A DNA stretch of 57,819 nucleotides, filler included, from Sphacelaria rigidula (GCA_964200075.2; 9 parts of 9 records of this genome joined end to end with filler, not necessarily neighbours in it); one strand, 5' to 3'; numbered from the whole stretch's first letter, positions 13,161 through 26,770 are shown. Notes: generated by a model not told the origin, from the letters alone. Made by a program: numbers and translations.

Positions 13161-13224
13161 GGTCCTACCACCTGGGCCAGGGAGAGCCCTACACGTGCAT
13201 GTATACATACATACATACATACAT

Positions 13225-13255
<31 letters not shown>

Positions 13256-13288
13256 TGCCTGCAGAAAGAACGCTCAGCCTCCACTTAC

Positions 13289-13689
13289 GGCCGGTATGAG
13301 GGTCACAAACTTTGGGTCCAGACTGTTCGAGATGATCTCCGTCCGCCCGATTTCCACAGGATTGGGGCCTTCTGCCGGGGAGTGCAGCTTCACCACCTGA
13401 ACGGACACAGCAAGAGAGAGCATCGACAGAACCGTCTTTTTGGAACGCTTTCGGATTTACACCCCAACTACTTGTCACGACAGCGAATAAAAAATTCTTG
13501 CATGATCCGGTCCAACGAAATGGCCCTCAAACAATGCTTGGGATGGCTTGGGGTTGAAGTTCCTCTTGTATACAGTCCAACTCTAACAGTTCTTGAGACT
13601 CACCACGAAGGGGTCGGACTTGCTGAGTGCGTCGAGGTTTATCAACCCCTTGCACGAGATCGAGAGCTGCAGTCGGTCGTACAGAGGAC
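13289..13689 (-). CDS. Copine-type C2A domain exons (13689-13604, 13396-13289); possible start exon at 16898-16886
   Basis: Spliced translation (G)PLYDRLQLSISCKGLINLDALSKSDPFV|VVKLHSPAEGPNPVEIGRTEIISNSLDPKFVTLIPA has the copine C2A signatures LSISC..L..D..SKSDP and EIGRTE.I.N.L.P.F. Canonical splice sites. Confidence 0.85.
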
Positions 13690-16541
13690 CTGCAAAAATT
13701 GACACACGTATGATCGGGGGAAAAAAAACAGTCGGTCGAGATACAGAGGGATTTCACACGCGGGAGTTCGTTCGAAGTTTCTAGTCTGCACACACTCAAC
13801 ACAAGAGACAAAACCAAATATAATTTTGTAGTGTACGGCACCGTGAGGAGATGGCTAGAGCAATGAAGCACACGTGCTTTACCAGGGTAATAAGTGCCAC
13901 TGTTTCAGCGCTAGACAGTGATTGATTCATTGATTGTCGTACATGAATTGATCCATGACAAATCAAGCCGTGGTCGCAAACAGGCGTATCCGAGGTAAAA
14001 AACACCGGACACACTAGCTGAGGGAAAGCCGAGTAGAAAACGAGGAAAAAGATAGGAGTAAATCGTTCACATGGAAGAGACGAGGAAGAACGGACGGAGC
14101 AGGTTCTAAAAACTGGTGGCCATTACCAAGATCCCATCGAGATGGATATGTATGAATATGAATATGTAGGGTCTTTGGGCAGAACAGCTTTTCGCCGTAC
14201 ATATGATCATCAAGAAATCGTCGTCGAGGTGCTGCGGAATGTAACCTTTGAACTAGGGCGTGTACGATATCCAGAGCGAACGAACGAGGGGGATCAGATC
14301 ATGAGCAGAACTACATGTGCAAACACACACGCCTGAAGTAACACGACAACTCAGCGCGCCTACGCATCCTAGTAGTGCTCGAAGGAAGCTTCATCGAAAA
14401 ATGTCCTTATTACTTTGCTGGGCTGGTTGAGCTCAAGATATGGCACCCCCACAACGGGCCGCCGGGGTGAATCCCCAGCAGCATCATGCACGCGACAGAT
14501 CAAGCGACCAAAACGCTTCAGGAAGCGGAAATATCGTGAGTCCTTTTATTTGGTTCTTGGGTGAATGCTGAAATTTGCATCTCCGCGAGGCTAATACAGC
14601 CGCATGGTTTTTCGCCTGCGTGCGCAGAACGCATTTTTTCTACAACCGGCGCCGCCCGCGAGGCCAATTCGAACTTTTCCTAACGCACGCTATGTCTACC
14701 TGAGGTTTTCCCTGGATTCTCCTCGTTCGATGCTTCGCGGTCTGTCTTTGAGTTTAGGTTTCATTATAAACAGGGCACCTCTCGGGAGCGCGGGGAGTTC
14801 GGCGAATGCTTCTCCCAGGCCGACAGATATTTCTTCGCGCTAGATCGCTACATTGATGGTTGCCGCGCCTGGGACCAACTCTTTTGGGACTCGAACGTGA
14901 ATGATCATATCGCTGCGACGGTGCAACATTAGTATCATGCGTATCTCAGCGGGTGTTGTCTGTTGTATGTGCAACTGCGCAAAATATTTTCGTGCCTTGA
15001 TGATGTCTGTGTACGAACGCTTCTGCTGTGCATAATTAAGGTAGTATACCAAAGCGTCGCAAGATACACCTCAAAGGGCGGAGGGGGTAAGTAGGGCACG
15101 GGAAAGATCGAAAATGCATGTTCGCGTCCACAGGGGGGCCGGTGAGATATTCAAGACTTGAATAATTCAACATACCACGACATTTTCAAAGGGTACAAGA
15201 ACATAGACCACCCGACGAGGCAAGAAGCAACGGAGAGTGCGTGGCTGACGGTAGCTGTGTACGGTAGCCGTGTGTACGTACGTCTCCCACTGAAGAACAC
15301 AAGAAAGCAACGGCCTTTCGTTCAACGACTAATGCCCGCTCGCTCACACCGATATACTTTCGTTCTTTCGGTGACCTTACTGCTCAGTCCCGTGTCTTCT
15401 CGTATCTACTTAGTCTTATCATGGATGAACGAAAAGGAGGGCGTCAGATCAATCGCCGCCGCGTCCACTTTTCAGCGACTTTCTCGTGCTTTCTTGCTGA
15501 TTCGTTGATCAAGGTATTGTAGAATAATGTACCGCGCCGGAGTGTGTTCAGCACAGACAGTGAAGTATTCTTGCTGTTTTCGATCAAGGGAGAGGGGTGC
15601 GTCTTCGATGCAAAAAGCACACGGAATGGACCACCAGCGCAACATGCCGCAAATAATGATAAAATAAATTAGGCTTCGTGACGAGAGCCGCCTGAAGCAT
15701 TTTGTACATCTTCGACTCGCTCCTCTCGTTGTTGCTCCAACTTGCAAATAGGTGCACGGCTACGTGCCCGTTGTGGACAGCGAACACGGGACTAATGCAC
15801 CGTGTCCTGCGCAAACATAATCGAGATAATTCGTTGCTGACGTGCGGCAGTCACGGACGACGATATTGATGGTATAAAAAATCTACCGTGTATTACGAAA
15901 GGTATCTCGAACTTGCCGATATATTCAACTGTAGACTAGAGTGAAAAATACAGGGAATCTCGAGGTTCAGATACCTCTACGAAACTACTCTGTACTCGTT
16001 CGAAGCATTCGCAAGTCACACACCGGAAGTGAAGAATCAAAACCTCGCGACCGCACAGATCGTCCTCTCTGCAGAGGCACACAGATACTGCTGCACTTAC
16101 CACCATCTGATGGGGCTGAACCCACTTGTTTTTCTCAAAGCAGCCCAAAAGTGATGTTGGCATCAAACATCATCGCCCTCTCTGTTGCTCTACCTCCATC
16201 TACATTGCGCATGTTACGTATGCTGTGTATTTTGACAAACGACACGGGAGCTCTCGTCGACAAATTGGGGGCACCGATTTCTGTCATTTCGACCGCCGAA
16301 AAGAGTCGGGTTATAGACATTTAATCTCACGGAGTAGCGCTTCAATGACATCAACCCGTTCCACCGCACAGGAAGCATTCTCAGACTTCGTAGTTTCATG
16401 TTGGAAGTGACAGCTGTACTACTGCACTGACTACATTACTGACTGTTGTGCTCTGTAGCTTCGAGATACAATCGAACGTACACTCTGCGCGGAAGCTGTT
16501 GTCACAAGGGACTACATTGCCAAAGCTTTTACGTGCTGTGC

Positions 16542-16581
<40 letters not shown>

Positions 16582-18095
16582 TCTCTTCCCCCCCCCCGCC
16601 CCTCCCCCCCCGCACACACCTTCTCTGNNNNNNNNNNCTTCTGCGCCGAGTTTTTTGTCCAAAGGGACTACCTTTCCAACTTTTTTACTGTTGTTGCCCC
16701 CCCCCCCCCCCCCCCGCCCCCCCATCATTCCTTGTGTCTTTTGATGCGACACCCTCGACTACACAGCATAATCACTGATGTCTCGGCCTGGCTGTATTGT
16801 TCAACTGCCATTACACGGGTATGATGAGCGCCCCTGCGTACCCCGTTAAGCCAAAATGCTTCATCACCTTACCTCAATATCTCACCTGTTGTTATCATCG
16901 CCGCGGCATCTTCGGCCTGGTCATCGTACGTAGCTCCGGCTGGCCTGCCGCCTACTGCTGTTTTATCATTCTCCTTGGACGAATAGCAGCCCATTCAGAA
17001 GGTTCGAGTGTCTCGCTTCGAGGAACGTCTGTAAAGCTCAGTGACCTTCTAGTCTGTGCGTGTCTTTGATCGCCCGACCTTCAATTGAGCTTCGCACCCT
17101 TCAGTACGAACTGCACCGACTGTTGAAGATATTGGGAGAGAATCAGGCTGTGTAGTTAATTGAATAGGATGACGCTCCACCTCGAAAAGCGCTCGTGTAG
17201 ACAGCAGGTCGAAGGCCGTTGCGGTGGGTTGCAGGTAAAATTCTCTCCTCGTATGAGCAGATTCGTGGGGTGGGGTAACTGCAGTCCTTCAATCCTTGGT
17301 GCAAAAGGTGGGGGTGCTTCTTTGTAGTGCTTCCTGGAGGGGCAGCTATTAAAATGCAGAGTCAAGAGCGTTTGGGCCTCCCTAATATGTGCTGTGCACA
17401 GCAGTAGTGACAACGCTCTATGCTCAGCTACGCCTGCTGTTGACGCGACGTTCTTCTCGAAGTAAATCGGGACAGGAACGTTGCTCGCTCTCACAGTGCC
17501 GAACAAATGCAAGGAATTTTCCTACGATCAAGTAAGAATACTAACCAAGACTTGAAAAACGCGATTTACCGCTACTCCATGTCAACTGGTCAGACCCGTA
17601 CATCAGCGATGCAGAAATTGGACAAAAACACAGTCATTTTATATTGTAATTCATAATAATAGACTGATCATGACATGAAGGTGCGTTTTTTATCCTTTGA
17701 AAAAAATTGAGCACATAAATCAGTAGTGATCAAGCCAAAAACTTTGCGGCTTCGCAAAATAATCATTTGGCCAAGATTTGGCGATATCAGAAAAAATAAC
17801 ATTTGGAAAATGGTTGCTAGTACAAAATTAAATAATGGCTAAAAGTAATTGCAGTGCAACCGCGCTTGTTCTGCTCCACCCCAGCTTGGAAAACGGCAAC
17901 CACGCCAGCCTGCATCAACGTCTACCATCACCGACAACTCCTTGTCGTATCTGTTTGTGCTATATCCTCATATTTCGAATAGTGCTGAAGGTTACCGAAC
18001 GAGTTGGAGCAACGAAAAAATCCGTCCACCTCACGCGGGACAACTTGATTCACTACTGGAGCAGAACATAGCACGGATAACAGCTGACCATCAGA

Positions 18096-18275
18096 ATGTC
18101 TGAGCCGGACGAGTTGTTCACGCTCCGCAACCACTTCTGGCTGGGCAGCTACCAGCAAGCGATCGCGGAAGGGTCTGGTCTCGGGCGACTACCGGATAAT
18201 TTGAGGATGGAGAGGGACGAGTTCATCTACCGGTCTTACATCGCTCTCGGACAGCACAGCATTGTTCTCGGGGAG
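18096..18275 (+). CDS. COPE: Coatomer subunit epsilon, first coding exon
   Basis: MSEPDELFTLRNHFWLGSYQQAIAE..ERDEFIYRSYIALGQ matches the epsilon-COP N-terminus. 60 codons followed by a GAG|GTGTGA donor. Confidence 0.92.
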
Positions 18276-19308
18276 GTGTGAACGTCTGTACAACAGTACT
18301 GTGCTGTATACTGATACCGACGTACACGTACAGGACAAGGACAGTGTATCCACTATTATATACTGAACAGCGGCATAAAATTTACATCTCGACGTGTGTC
18401 GAAGGGCAACGCAACACTGCCGTAAGGTAGTAGATAGTGCACGGGCGGGGCAGTGGGATAGGGATTAATGCCCTGTAACGTGGGCACTCCTATCGCGTCT
18501 ATGCGCGCCGGGGAACCAGAGTCGTGTCTTAAACTTCGTGCTGTACAGGCCCAGCAGCACAGTAGTACGACTGACAGTCACGATCAGGTTTGGAAAATAG
18601 TGGTCCGAAGCGACCATCGACGTTTACGTTTCTCTTGCGTGGAGGCTGGCCAAGGCGGTGTCATTGATCAAGCATTTTCGACTCGACAACGTGTGGTGGA
18701 GTCGAATTGGTCATAGTTAGCTCGTAACTGATATATCCACGGTATTTTTGTTCTCAGGTGGCTTCTCGTTGAACGCACGCATCAAGTGATATCAACCATG
18801 AACATTTGTAGCCCAATGCCAGTTCGCTCTACTGGATCCCCAGTAGGGCTGACAGTCCCGGGTGCTCCTCGTGTGCGCACAACGCGTTTTCATTGAAATC
18901 GGTGCCACAGGCGCTGATTTGGGGTCTACCAAGGTTGCACTTCGCCTGGGGAATGCTGTGTACTGCCCTTGCCCGAGGGTTCTCGGTATACGTTGGGTTG
19001 GGGGTAGGGTTAGCGATACTTGTAAAATTGTGTCAACCATGGACATTTGTAGCCCAACGCCGATTAACTAGCCTTGTGTTATCGAGACACAAAAAACAAG
19101 GCATTAACCTTTTGGGAACCCTCCTCTCCTGTCCCCGGGCCAGACGCCTCATTATCAGAAACCCTGACAAAGAAGAAAATATGGAAACAGAAAAGACCGA
19201 CGGCAACCNNNNNNNNNNNNNNNNNNNNNNNNNNNNNNNNNNNNNNNNNNNNTTAATTAATTAANNNNNNNNNNNNNNNNNNNNNNNNNNNNNNNNNNNN
19301 NNNNNNNN

Positions 19309-19389
19309 GTGCTCCGTCCCGGCTTTGTAGGGATGCGAGGTCAATAGTCTGATGACTATGGCAAGCATGATCATGAGTACACCCCCCCC
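19309..19389 (+). mobile_element. 3' end of the SINE-like element with oligo(C) tail
   Basis: GTGCTCCGTCCCGGCTTTGTAGGGATGCGAGGTCAATAGTC..GGCAAGCATGATCATGAGTACACCCCCCCC. Same family as 27638-27950. Confidence 0.8.
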
Positions 19390-19994
19390 ACTGGTCGTTC
19401 TGATGTGGTCGATAAATTTCGCCCCGCCCTGACTGGACAGGTCGCTCCCAGACTTGTTTATTGTTATTTTACTAACACGCCGTGAACATGGTGTTAGTGA
19501 GCTTCAGTCCCAAAAGGCTTAAATAGCGCACATGTAAGGTCGAATTCCTGGAGAAAAATACAAAAAATCAATTGAGAATAATGAACAGTACATATTGGAA
19601 TTTTGAATGTCACCCTACAGGACAGGGTGACGGGGGGCGGGGTGGCAGACGCGCAACAGCAGCAGCGCTCGACCCACGACTAAGGCTATCCACCACAAGA
19701 AAAAGCATGGAACACATTCCCCAAGAATGACGTCAATAGCAGCACAGTAGCTTTCAACTGAAAAGGGAGATATCCGTAGTGTTTTCGTAGTCGAGGACAT
19801 TCGAAAGTGTTTTCGCGTGCCACCGCTTATCCCAGTGGACATTTGATCCCGAAGTCTGGGGATCTACTAGGCATCCCCTCCACATTCCAAAATATGATCA
19901 CATCTGCGCTCATCTTTGGACGACTTACGGGCTGACCGGTTCTCGGGGGTCCTGAGACTGCCCAGCCCCAGGTTCTGACCCTTGGGTATTTTTG

Positions 19995-20440
19995 TGCTTC
20001 GAACTCTAACTCACCCGGCATTCGGAACAATGTTTCCGTGGGATTTTGCGAGCTTTTCAGCGGTTTGATCTGAGCAATACCACGGAGAACGCACGGATGA
20101 AGTACGGAGCACAAGTTGATAACCGTATCGGCGAATTACTCGTACCAAACGATAGTTTTTATATTTCGAACTCTAAGTTATCCGGCAGTCACGACAATTT
20201 CGTCCGTGGAATTTTATTGCTTTTCAGTGGATTGATCTGAGGTACGCTACGGAGAACGCACGGATGGACTGAAGGGTGCACACTTTCAGAACCGTATCGG
20301 CGAATAGCTTATCCAGAACGATATTTCGATGCTTCGAATTCCAACTTATCCGCCATTCAGAACAAATTCGTCGATGGAAATCCGTGTCTTTTTGGCGGTT
20401 TGATTCGTGAGTTATGCCATGGAGGACGCACGGATTACCT
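19995..20440. repeat. Diverged ~168-bp tandem repeat, about 2.7 copies
   Basis: TTCGAA(C/T)TC recurs near 19998, 20165 and 20333, each followed by GGA(G/A)(A/G)ACGCACGGAT. Confidence 0.75.
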
Positions 20441-20499
20441 ACGGAGTGGATAAATCCGCACGGTAGAAAACCGCGTTTACCGGTTCCAACCGCGCAGCT

Positions 20500-20789
20500 G
20501 TAATCTATACGGAGCGGAGCAGTTATTTTTTAATTGTCACGGAGCGGATATTCGTAAGTTTGAAAATGTCAAGAATTGTTGTGGAGCGGATATCCGCCAA
20601 CAGAATTGTCACGGTGCGCAGCGGATTTTTCGAGTATGGTACGGAGCAGATATCCGCCAGTGGGAGAAACCACGGATTGTCACGGAGCGGATATCCGCCC
20701 CCTGCAAATGCCATGGATCCGTGCGGATTGACAAACCTCACCGTCATTATCCGCTCCGCGGATTTATTCTTCATCCGAGCACATCCCTG
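20500..20789 (-). mobile_element. hAT-like transposon end with subterminal motif array
   Basis: Minus-strand terminus CAGGGATGTG resembles Ac-type CAGGGATG. CGGAGCGGAT(AT) motifs repeat in both orientations. The other end was not found. Confidence 0.45.
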
Positions 20790-23146
20790 ATGAACCCCTC
20801 GTCTCAGGGGATCAACCCGCCTCTCTCCTGGTACACTCCTGGCGTTGAATTGCCGAGCATTGGATCACCACCCCCGCGGCCTGCCGACTGTTATTGTATT
20901 CGTCATTTTGCTAGATCTCGTGGTTGCATTCTATGGCTACGGGAACCCCGTTCAAGAGACATTTTTTTGCTGTAGAGATTCTGGGCAGCAAAATCCGCTT
21001 GAACCACTCGCAGCCATGGGCCTCAATAACACTCAACACCGGGGCGCGGCGGAATGACAAAGCACCACTGGTCTATGTCCCACAAAAATCAGCAACGTGA
21101 GGTGTGCTTCCCCCGCACGCAGTGGTCAAAAACGGGTACATTGTACAGTGGCACTTTGTGGCTGTGGCCTCCTCTGGTTACCGCCCGCCAACCCCGTGCC
21201 TTACAGCAAGCTGCAGGATCCTACGCTGTACCCTCACCTCAAAACACTAGCCGCGGTACGTTAAGCTCTCGCATCGGCCGACTCTAGACACCCTTACCAT
21301 TAATAGTTACGTGACAAACAGCAGATACCTCAAGAGGCACGACGATGGAGTTACGCGATATAATGAACTGGAAGCACGAAAACCAAAAACACTGCAGCGA
21401 CAGTCGAATCGAACACGGCGTCACTTCTTACCTGCATAAACGCCGTCTTCGTCAAATCCGCACGAGTCGCCAGCCTCTTCGCCGGGTGTGTCGAAGTCAC
21501 CTGACTCACCAGTTCCCAGAGATCTGACAGGGCCGTGGGTGCATGCATACGCACAAAAGAGCAGCGCACAGCCACGGTACGGTTCGAGGCAAACGAGCGA
21601 CAGAGTCGACAGAGTCGAGGCCAGTAAAAGACACAAACTATGTGGGAGGCAGCAAGAGCGGCGATGTACCTTGGTGCCCTACAGCTAGGCGGGGACTGTC
21701 GTGTCAGTCGCGTGGACTGTTGACGCCTACGCTCTGCTTGCTGAGCAAACCCAGTGACAGTTGGCTCATTACACAAATCGAATCATCCGTCCCTCACATC
21801 AACAAACGATCCATGTCTGTCCTCCTTACTTTGGCATGACAAAATGTGTGCCAATACTCAGTCCAACGGGGCTCTTCATGTGTGCGGACCGAAGCCGTCC
21901 CCTTTCAAGGAGAAGCACTCGCCGACTGCTTCGAGTTACGAGGAGGAGCCAGGTTGTGCTCGGTGTCTGCCTGAGCCCTCTTCGACGAAACCATGTTCTC
22001 GTGGAGTAGTGTCGAGTGTCGAGTGTCGAGTCGAGGGCAACCTCCTCGAGAAAATACGATGTAAAATGCAAGTGTCTCGAAAGTCATACACGGTGCCCTG
22101 AACGCCTTTCCAGAACGTTCCCTTACCTCGAGCATGTGAAGGTGTTGGGACAAGTTTCGTTGCAACGGGTGCCATACCGTCTGTAGCGACCACTTGTGTA
22201 TCAGCGTTGCCAAGACCTTACTCGGGAATTTCACCGAGAGAATCGACCAATGCATGCAGCACAGTCAAACAATCGCAGCGACGGCACCGCCGAGCAAACC
22301 ATCCTATTTAGACTACTCCGACAAAGGCGAAGTCCGCGTGAAAACACATCCTGTTGCATGCTCCTGTGGCAATTCCGTGAGCACTAAAAACAGTTATACT
22401 GGCGAGACTGTACGCGGTACGGGCGTGCTTATCCGATCCGCGATACCAGCATTTAAGGCATGTGCCGTGGGAAAGACGGCTTGATCGATCCAGACCATGG
22501 ACTCGTCACGAGCAAGGGGGGGGGTTGGAAGTGCGACGGTTAATAATATACGCGCACACACTCGACCGGGCACGACCCTATTCCTCGAGGAATACCTGTG
22601 AACTCGTGTTTCTCTCCCTCCAATGACTGCGATAGGAATGTATACACAAAGGCGATGCTCTTCGCACTGCCCTCGACAACAATGCCCAAGTCACACAACG
22701 GACGGGCACTGGCAAGCATCAGCCAAGGGCTTTCCAAGTGCAACTCTTGAACGAGCTCGACTCGCGCTGTAAATCTCATCTTCACACCATCCGCAAGAAA
22801 CAAAGAAACAGGGGGGTCGACGTAGCTCGGCCATCATCCCTGTCCCCCCATGTCCCATTGAGACACGGCTCCTGCCGTAGAGCTAGCTGGTATAACGAAG
22901 AGCTCAGAAACCTGGATGTCAGGCTATGGAATCTCAACCAAACACATGTGGGAAGCCTGTGCTACACCCACCGTGCGATACACGGGGAGGGTCTTCGCCT
23001 CGCTACCCTGCAGTACACAAGATCAAAGTGGCACTCCCTGAAAAGTGGCACAACAAAAATCTCGATGTCGACGTCATCCACGACTCACTCCTGGCCCAGG
23101 CGCAGGCTGAACTTGAGGTCAGGGAGCATCGCGTACACCACATTCT

Positions 23147-24198
23147 AGGTTTCCTTGTCGCAAGATATGACAGAAAGACAAGGCCCGCTTCTCGGACCAA
23201 CAAACGGCGTCTTTATGCCACTGTAGTAACGAGACACACGACAACATCAACCATCCCATCGACTGGGCAAAAATGTGCAAAACAAGTGGCGACTCTTAAT
23301 TTACCCATTCCATCCAAGTCTCTCACCGTCTTGCATGTGCTGTGGCTTCTGGTGCCGCCCCACCTCGTTCTTGTAAAACAACGACGTCACGGCTTCCCCT
23401 CACTGGAAGCGGTCTAGCAGGACACCATCCACTTTTCCCGTTGACGCGCCATCCAGCTCCCCCATCACGTGAGTGTCACAAAACACCGAGAGCACATCCT
23501 GCGCACCGTTAGAATTGTTTTTGACGGTGCGCGGGATGTGCTGTCGGTGTTGTGTGACACTCACGCGATGGGGCAGCTGGATGGCGCGTCGGAGGGGAAG
23601 GTAGATGGTGCGCTACTGGACCGTTTCCAGTGGGGGGAAGCGGTCATGTCTTTGTTTTACAAGAACGAGGTGGGGCGGCACCAGAAGCCACAGCACATGC
23701 AAGACGGTGAGATACTTGGATGGAATGGGTGAATTAAGAGTCGCCCCTTGTTTCGCACATTTTTGCCCCGTCGATGGGATGGTCGGTGTTGTCGTGTGTC
23801 TCATCACTACAGTGGCATAGAGACGCCCTCCGTTGGTCCGAGAAGCGGGCCTTGTCTTTCTCTCATATCTTGCGACAAGGAAACCTGAAGCGTGAGTTGG
23901 CGGGAAAAAATAGACGGTGCGATGCTGGACGTTTTCACGGGGGGTGGAGCTGTAATATCCATGATTGATTTGAATAAATCGATCAAATCTGGACCGTTTC
24001 CAGTGGGGTGAAGCCGTCATGTCCATGATTGATTTGAATCAATCGATCAAACCAATCATGAACATGACGGCTTCACCCCACTGGAAACGGTCCAGCAGCG
24101 CACCATCTACCTTTCCATCCGACGCGCCATCCAGCTACCCCATGACGTGTGTGCCACACAACACCGACAACACATCCTGCGCACCGTGAAAAAAAAAG
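23147..24198. repeat. Cluster of inverted copies of one repeat, forming long palindromes
   Basis: 23147-23511 is the approximate reverse complement of 23520-23886. Second hairpin at 23989-24095. A further partial copy ends in an A-run at 24190-24198. Confidence 0.9.
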
Positions 24199-26770
24199 GC
24201 CGCAAGCATCGAATCGGGGGCGCATTGACCGAAGTCGCACACACTGGTCTTTTTCGTCACCTTCGGAACCGTGTACGTTTCGTCGTCAAGGAGAGTGAGC
24301 CCGCAAGCTGCGTTTGTTTGTAAAGGTAGCAGCAGCAAAAAACAACAACTGCTTCTACTCCACTACTCACCCAGGTTGGGATGCTAGAGACTAATTCCAC
24401 CACAGCAACACCAAAAACATGTCTCGGGCGCCAACAGCCCGAGTAGCAAGATATAGCACGGAAGCTACTTTCCCTGCTACCGTGCGACCGCCTGCAAGTG
24501 TGGTCCGCCGTCCGATCGATCTTTTGCGTACTTTCATCATTTCGCACAACGCTGCCAATCACTCATCGCGAGGCTTCGCCATTCATCTCAGGGCAAGTTC
24601 CCTCATGCTATACCGCGGGATGAGTGCTTGCGGTGCGGGCAAGACCCTGTATAGAGGAATCACGCCTCCACCGACCATCCCAAACTTCGAATCCTGGCTG
24701 GTGTGTGCGAACGCGGCGATTTATGTACCATATGCTGCCGAGGCTGATGCTCACAACACCAGTGTCATGCGGCGCGAATCGAACATGCCGCCTCCGGTGG
24801 TGGGAGCAGAGTGGGGACGGGAAAAGGGCAGACGCCTCGTGGCCGCAAAACCTGCGCTCTCGTGCGCCGGTCGAGATTTTACCTACTTGGTGTACATTTC
24901 CAAACAAACAAGGGTGTAGGCTTTAGTACCAAGACACAGCAGGTGTAGCCGGAGAAACGGTGCGTCTCTGGGTACTGGATTGGGGTTGTGGAGGCGTGTT
25001 GGGTCATCGCGGAGATTTTTCGAGAACAACATCCGAAGACAAACTGGGTACACACCAGGCACCGAGATACACTGAATGAAATCGGACTCGTGCCTGATCG
25101 GCTCACATACCCCCTTTGAAAGGCAGCGGAATGACAAAATGATCTCGCAAACATGGCATGAGCTGTCTGCTCGTGGTCTTGTTCCGGTCTCCACTGCCAG
25201 GACGCTCCCCGTGTAGCCCGACGGAGAAGAAGGCACCCGCGAACCTTTTTGGTTCTTCGTAAATTCACGCCTCCGTAAAATGCGTACCCACTGATTTGGG
25301 TGGGCGAGTATCGACCCCGAGCTGTATGGAGGCCACGTTTTTCGCGCCGGCCAAGAACCATTTTCTTCACGTGTCGCATAGTGACGACGACCGCTACAGA
25401 GCGGTCTCACCACTCGAGACGAAGAGTAGTCTCTAAATTTAAAGCACATAGCGCGATCACGAGCTATTCATCATGAAGGTCCCACAACGAGCAGGATTTC
25501 TGCAGTTGTACAAGTATTTCATATTGTGTGCCGCAAATTCTGACTAACGATTCGGATATCATGGAGATTTCATGCCTTTTCGTGGGACGAAACGGGCGAG
25601 TTTCGCCTTGCAGGATTGATAACAAGGACAAAAAACGTTGGGAANNNNNNNNNNNNNNNNNNNNNNNNNNNNNNNNNNNNNNNNNNNNTTAATTAATTAA
25701 NNNNNNNNNNNNNNNNNNNNNNNNNNNNNNNNNNNNNNNNNNNNTCGATCATCTGGCGCTGCATGGCCATTTGTTTCGTGACACTTTTAGCTGGTTTTTT
25801 GGGGGGGCTATCGTATAAAGTGCCATGCAGTACTGCATTTATGATACAATGGTGGGGCATTCGTGTTCTATGTTTTATCCGCTACATGCAGTTGGGTTTA
25901 CTACCATTATTGGCGTGTTTAGGGTCCACGTACGTACAGCCTTGGTGGTCGGCTATGAGGCGCTGCCCACACGTTTTCACTTCCTTGTACTTGTTTTGCC
26001 TGGCTACCATGGGATGCGATCTGGAAGGTCCCGGCGCCGAACAGTCGATAGACCCGTTTTGGCCAGCTCTGAGAAGTGGATTTTGTTCTTGAAGAATTCA
26101 CGGCACCTGTGGGGGATGTGTTCGCGGAAACGCCGTCACCACTCAGTGGCGGCACTGTGCAGGGGGCGGGCGTCGTTTACATTACGCGCGGAGAAGGGGT
26201 ACAAAATATTCATCGACGGTAACATATCCCAAAAGTAAGTGCCACCCTGGTTACAGGTATGATGCTGTGAGGTTTCATGGGCGTCTTCAAGGCGTTTGTA
26301 GTCCCTGCGGTGACCCGTGCCGTGGTGGGCTGGTTTGTGTCGATAAAATCAAATCATTCACGTGGCAATCATTGGGAGGACTTGTGATAGTGGTGGGAGG
26401 CGTGTCTGCAAGTGGCTGCTCATCACTGTGTTTCAGATGGGCACGGGGCTGCGGTTTATAGCACTGTAATATGATTTTCATGTTTCAACTGTAGGGCGAG
26501 GACATCAAGAGATCTGGACTGAAGCAGTTGTTGCGACCGGAACAAGTTTTCCTATCTCCGCGAGACGAAGTTTTCAGCGAGAATATATGAGACATTCGGA
26601 CCTCCGAAGCGTCGTGTGTGTAGAAGTATTTGGGCCAACACGGAAATTCAGGCGGTGTACTGTACAATGTTATGTGGTGAAATGGAAAAAATATGCCGCA
26701 TAAAACCTCACGTGTATTGTAAAACATGACAATATACTGATAGGCTGGAGTATGTGGATGAGTTTTTTGA

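Noticed and set aside
15530..15745. Possible minus-strand exon with a hydrophobic stretch
   Set aside because: Could not be joined in phase to a recognisable protein; may be intronic.
16500..16725. Tandem duplication around C-runs, and poly-Pro/Gly ORFs
   Set aside because: The two versions flank an N gap next to long homopolymers and look like low-quality reads of the same sequence.
23147..24198. Penelope-like inverted terminal repeats with hammerhead ribozymes
   Set aside because: No CTGANGA...GAAA core seen and no RT or GIY-YIG remnant nearby.
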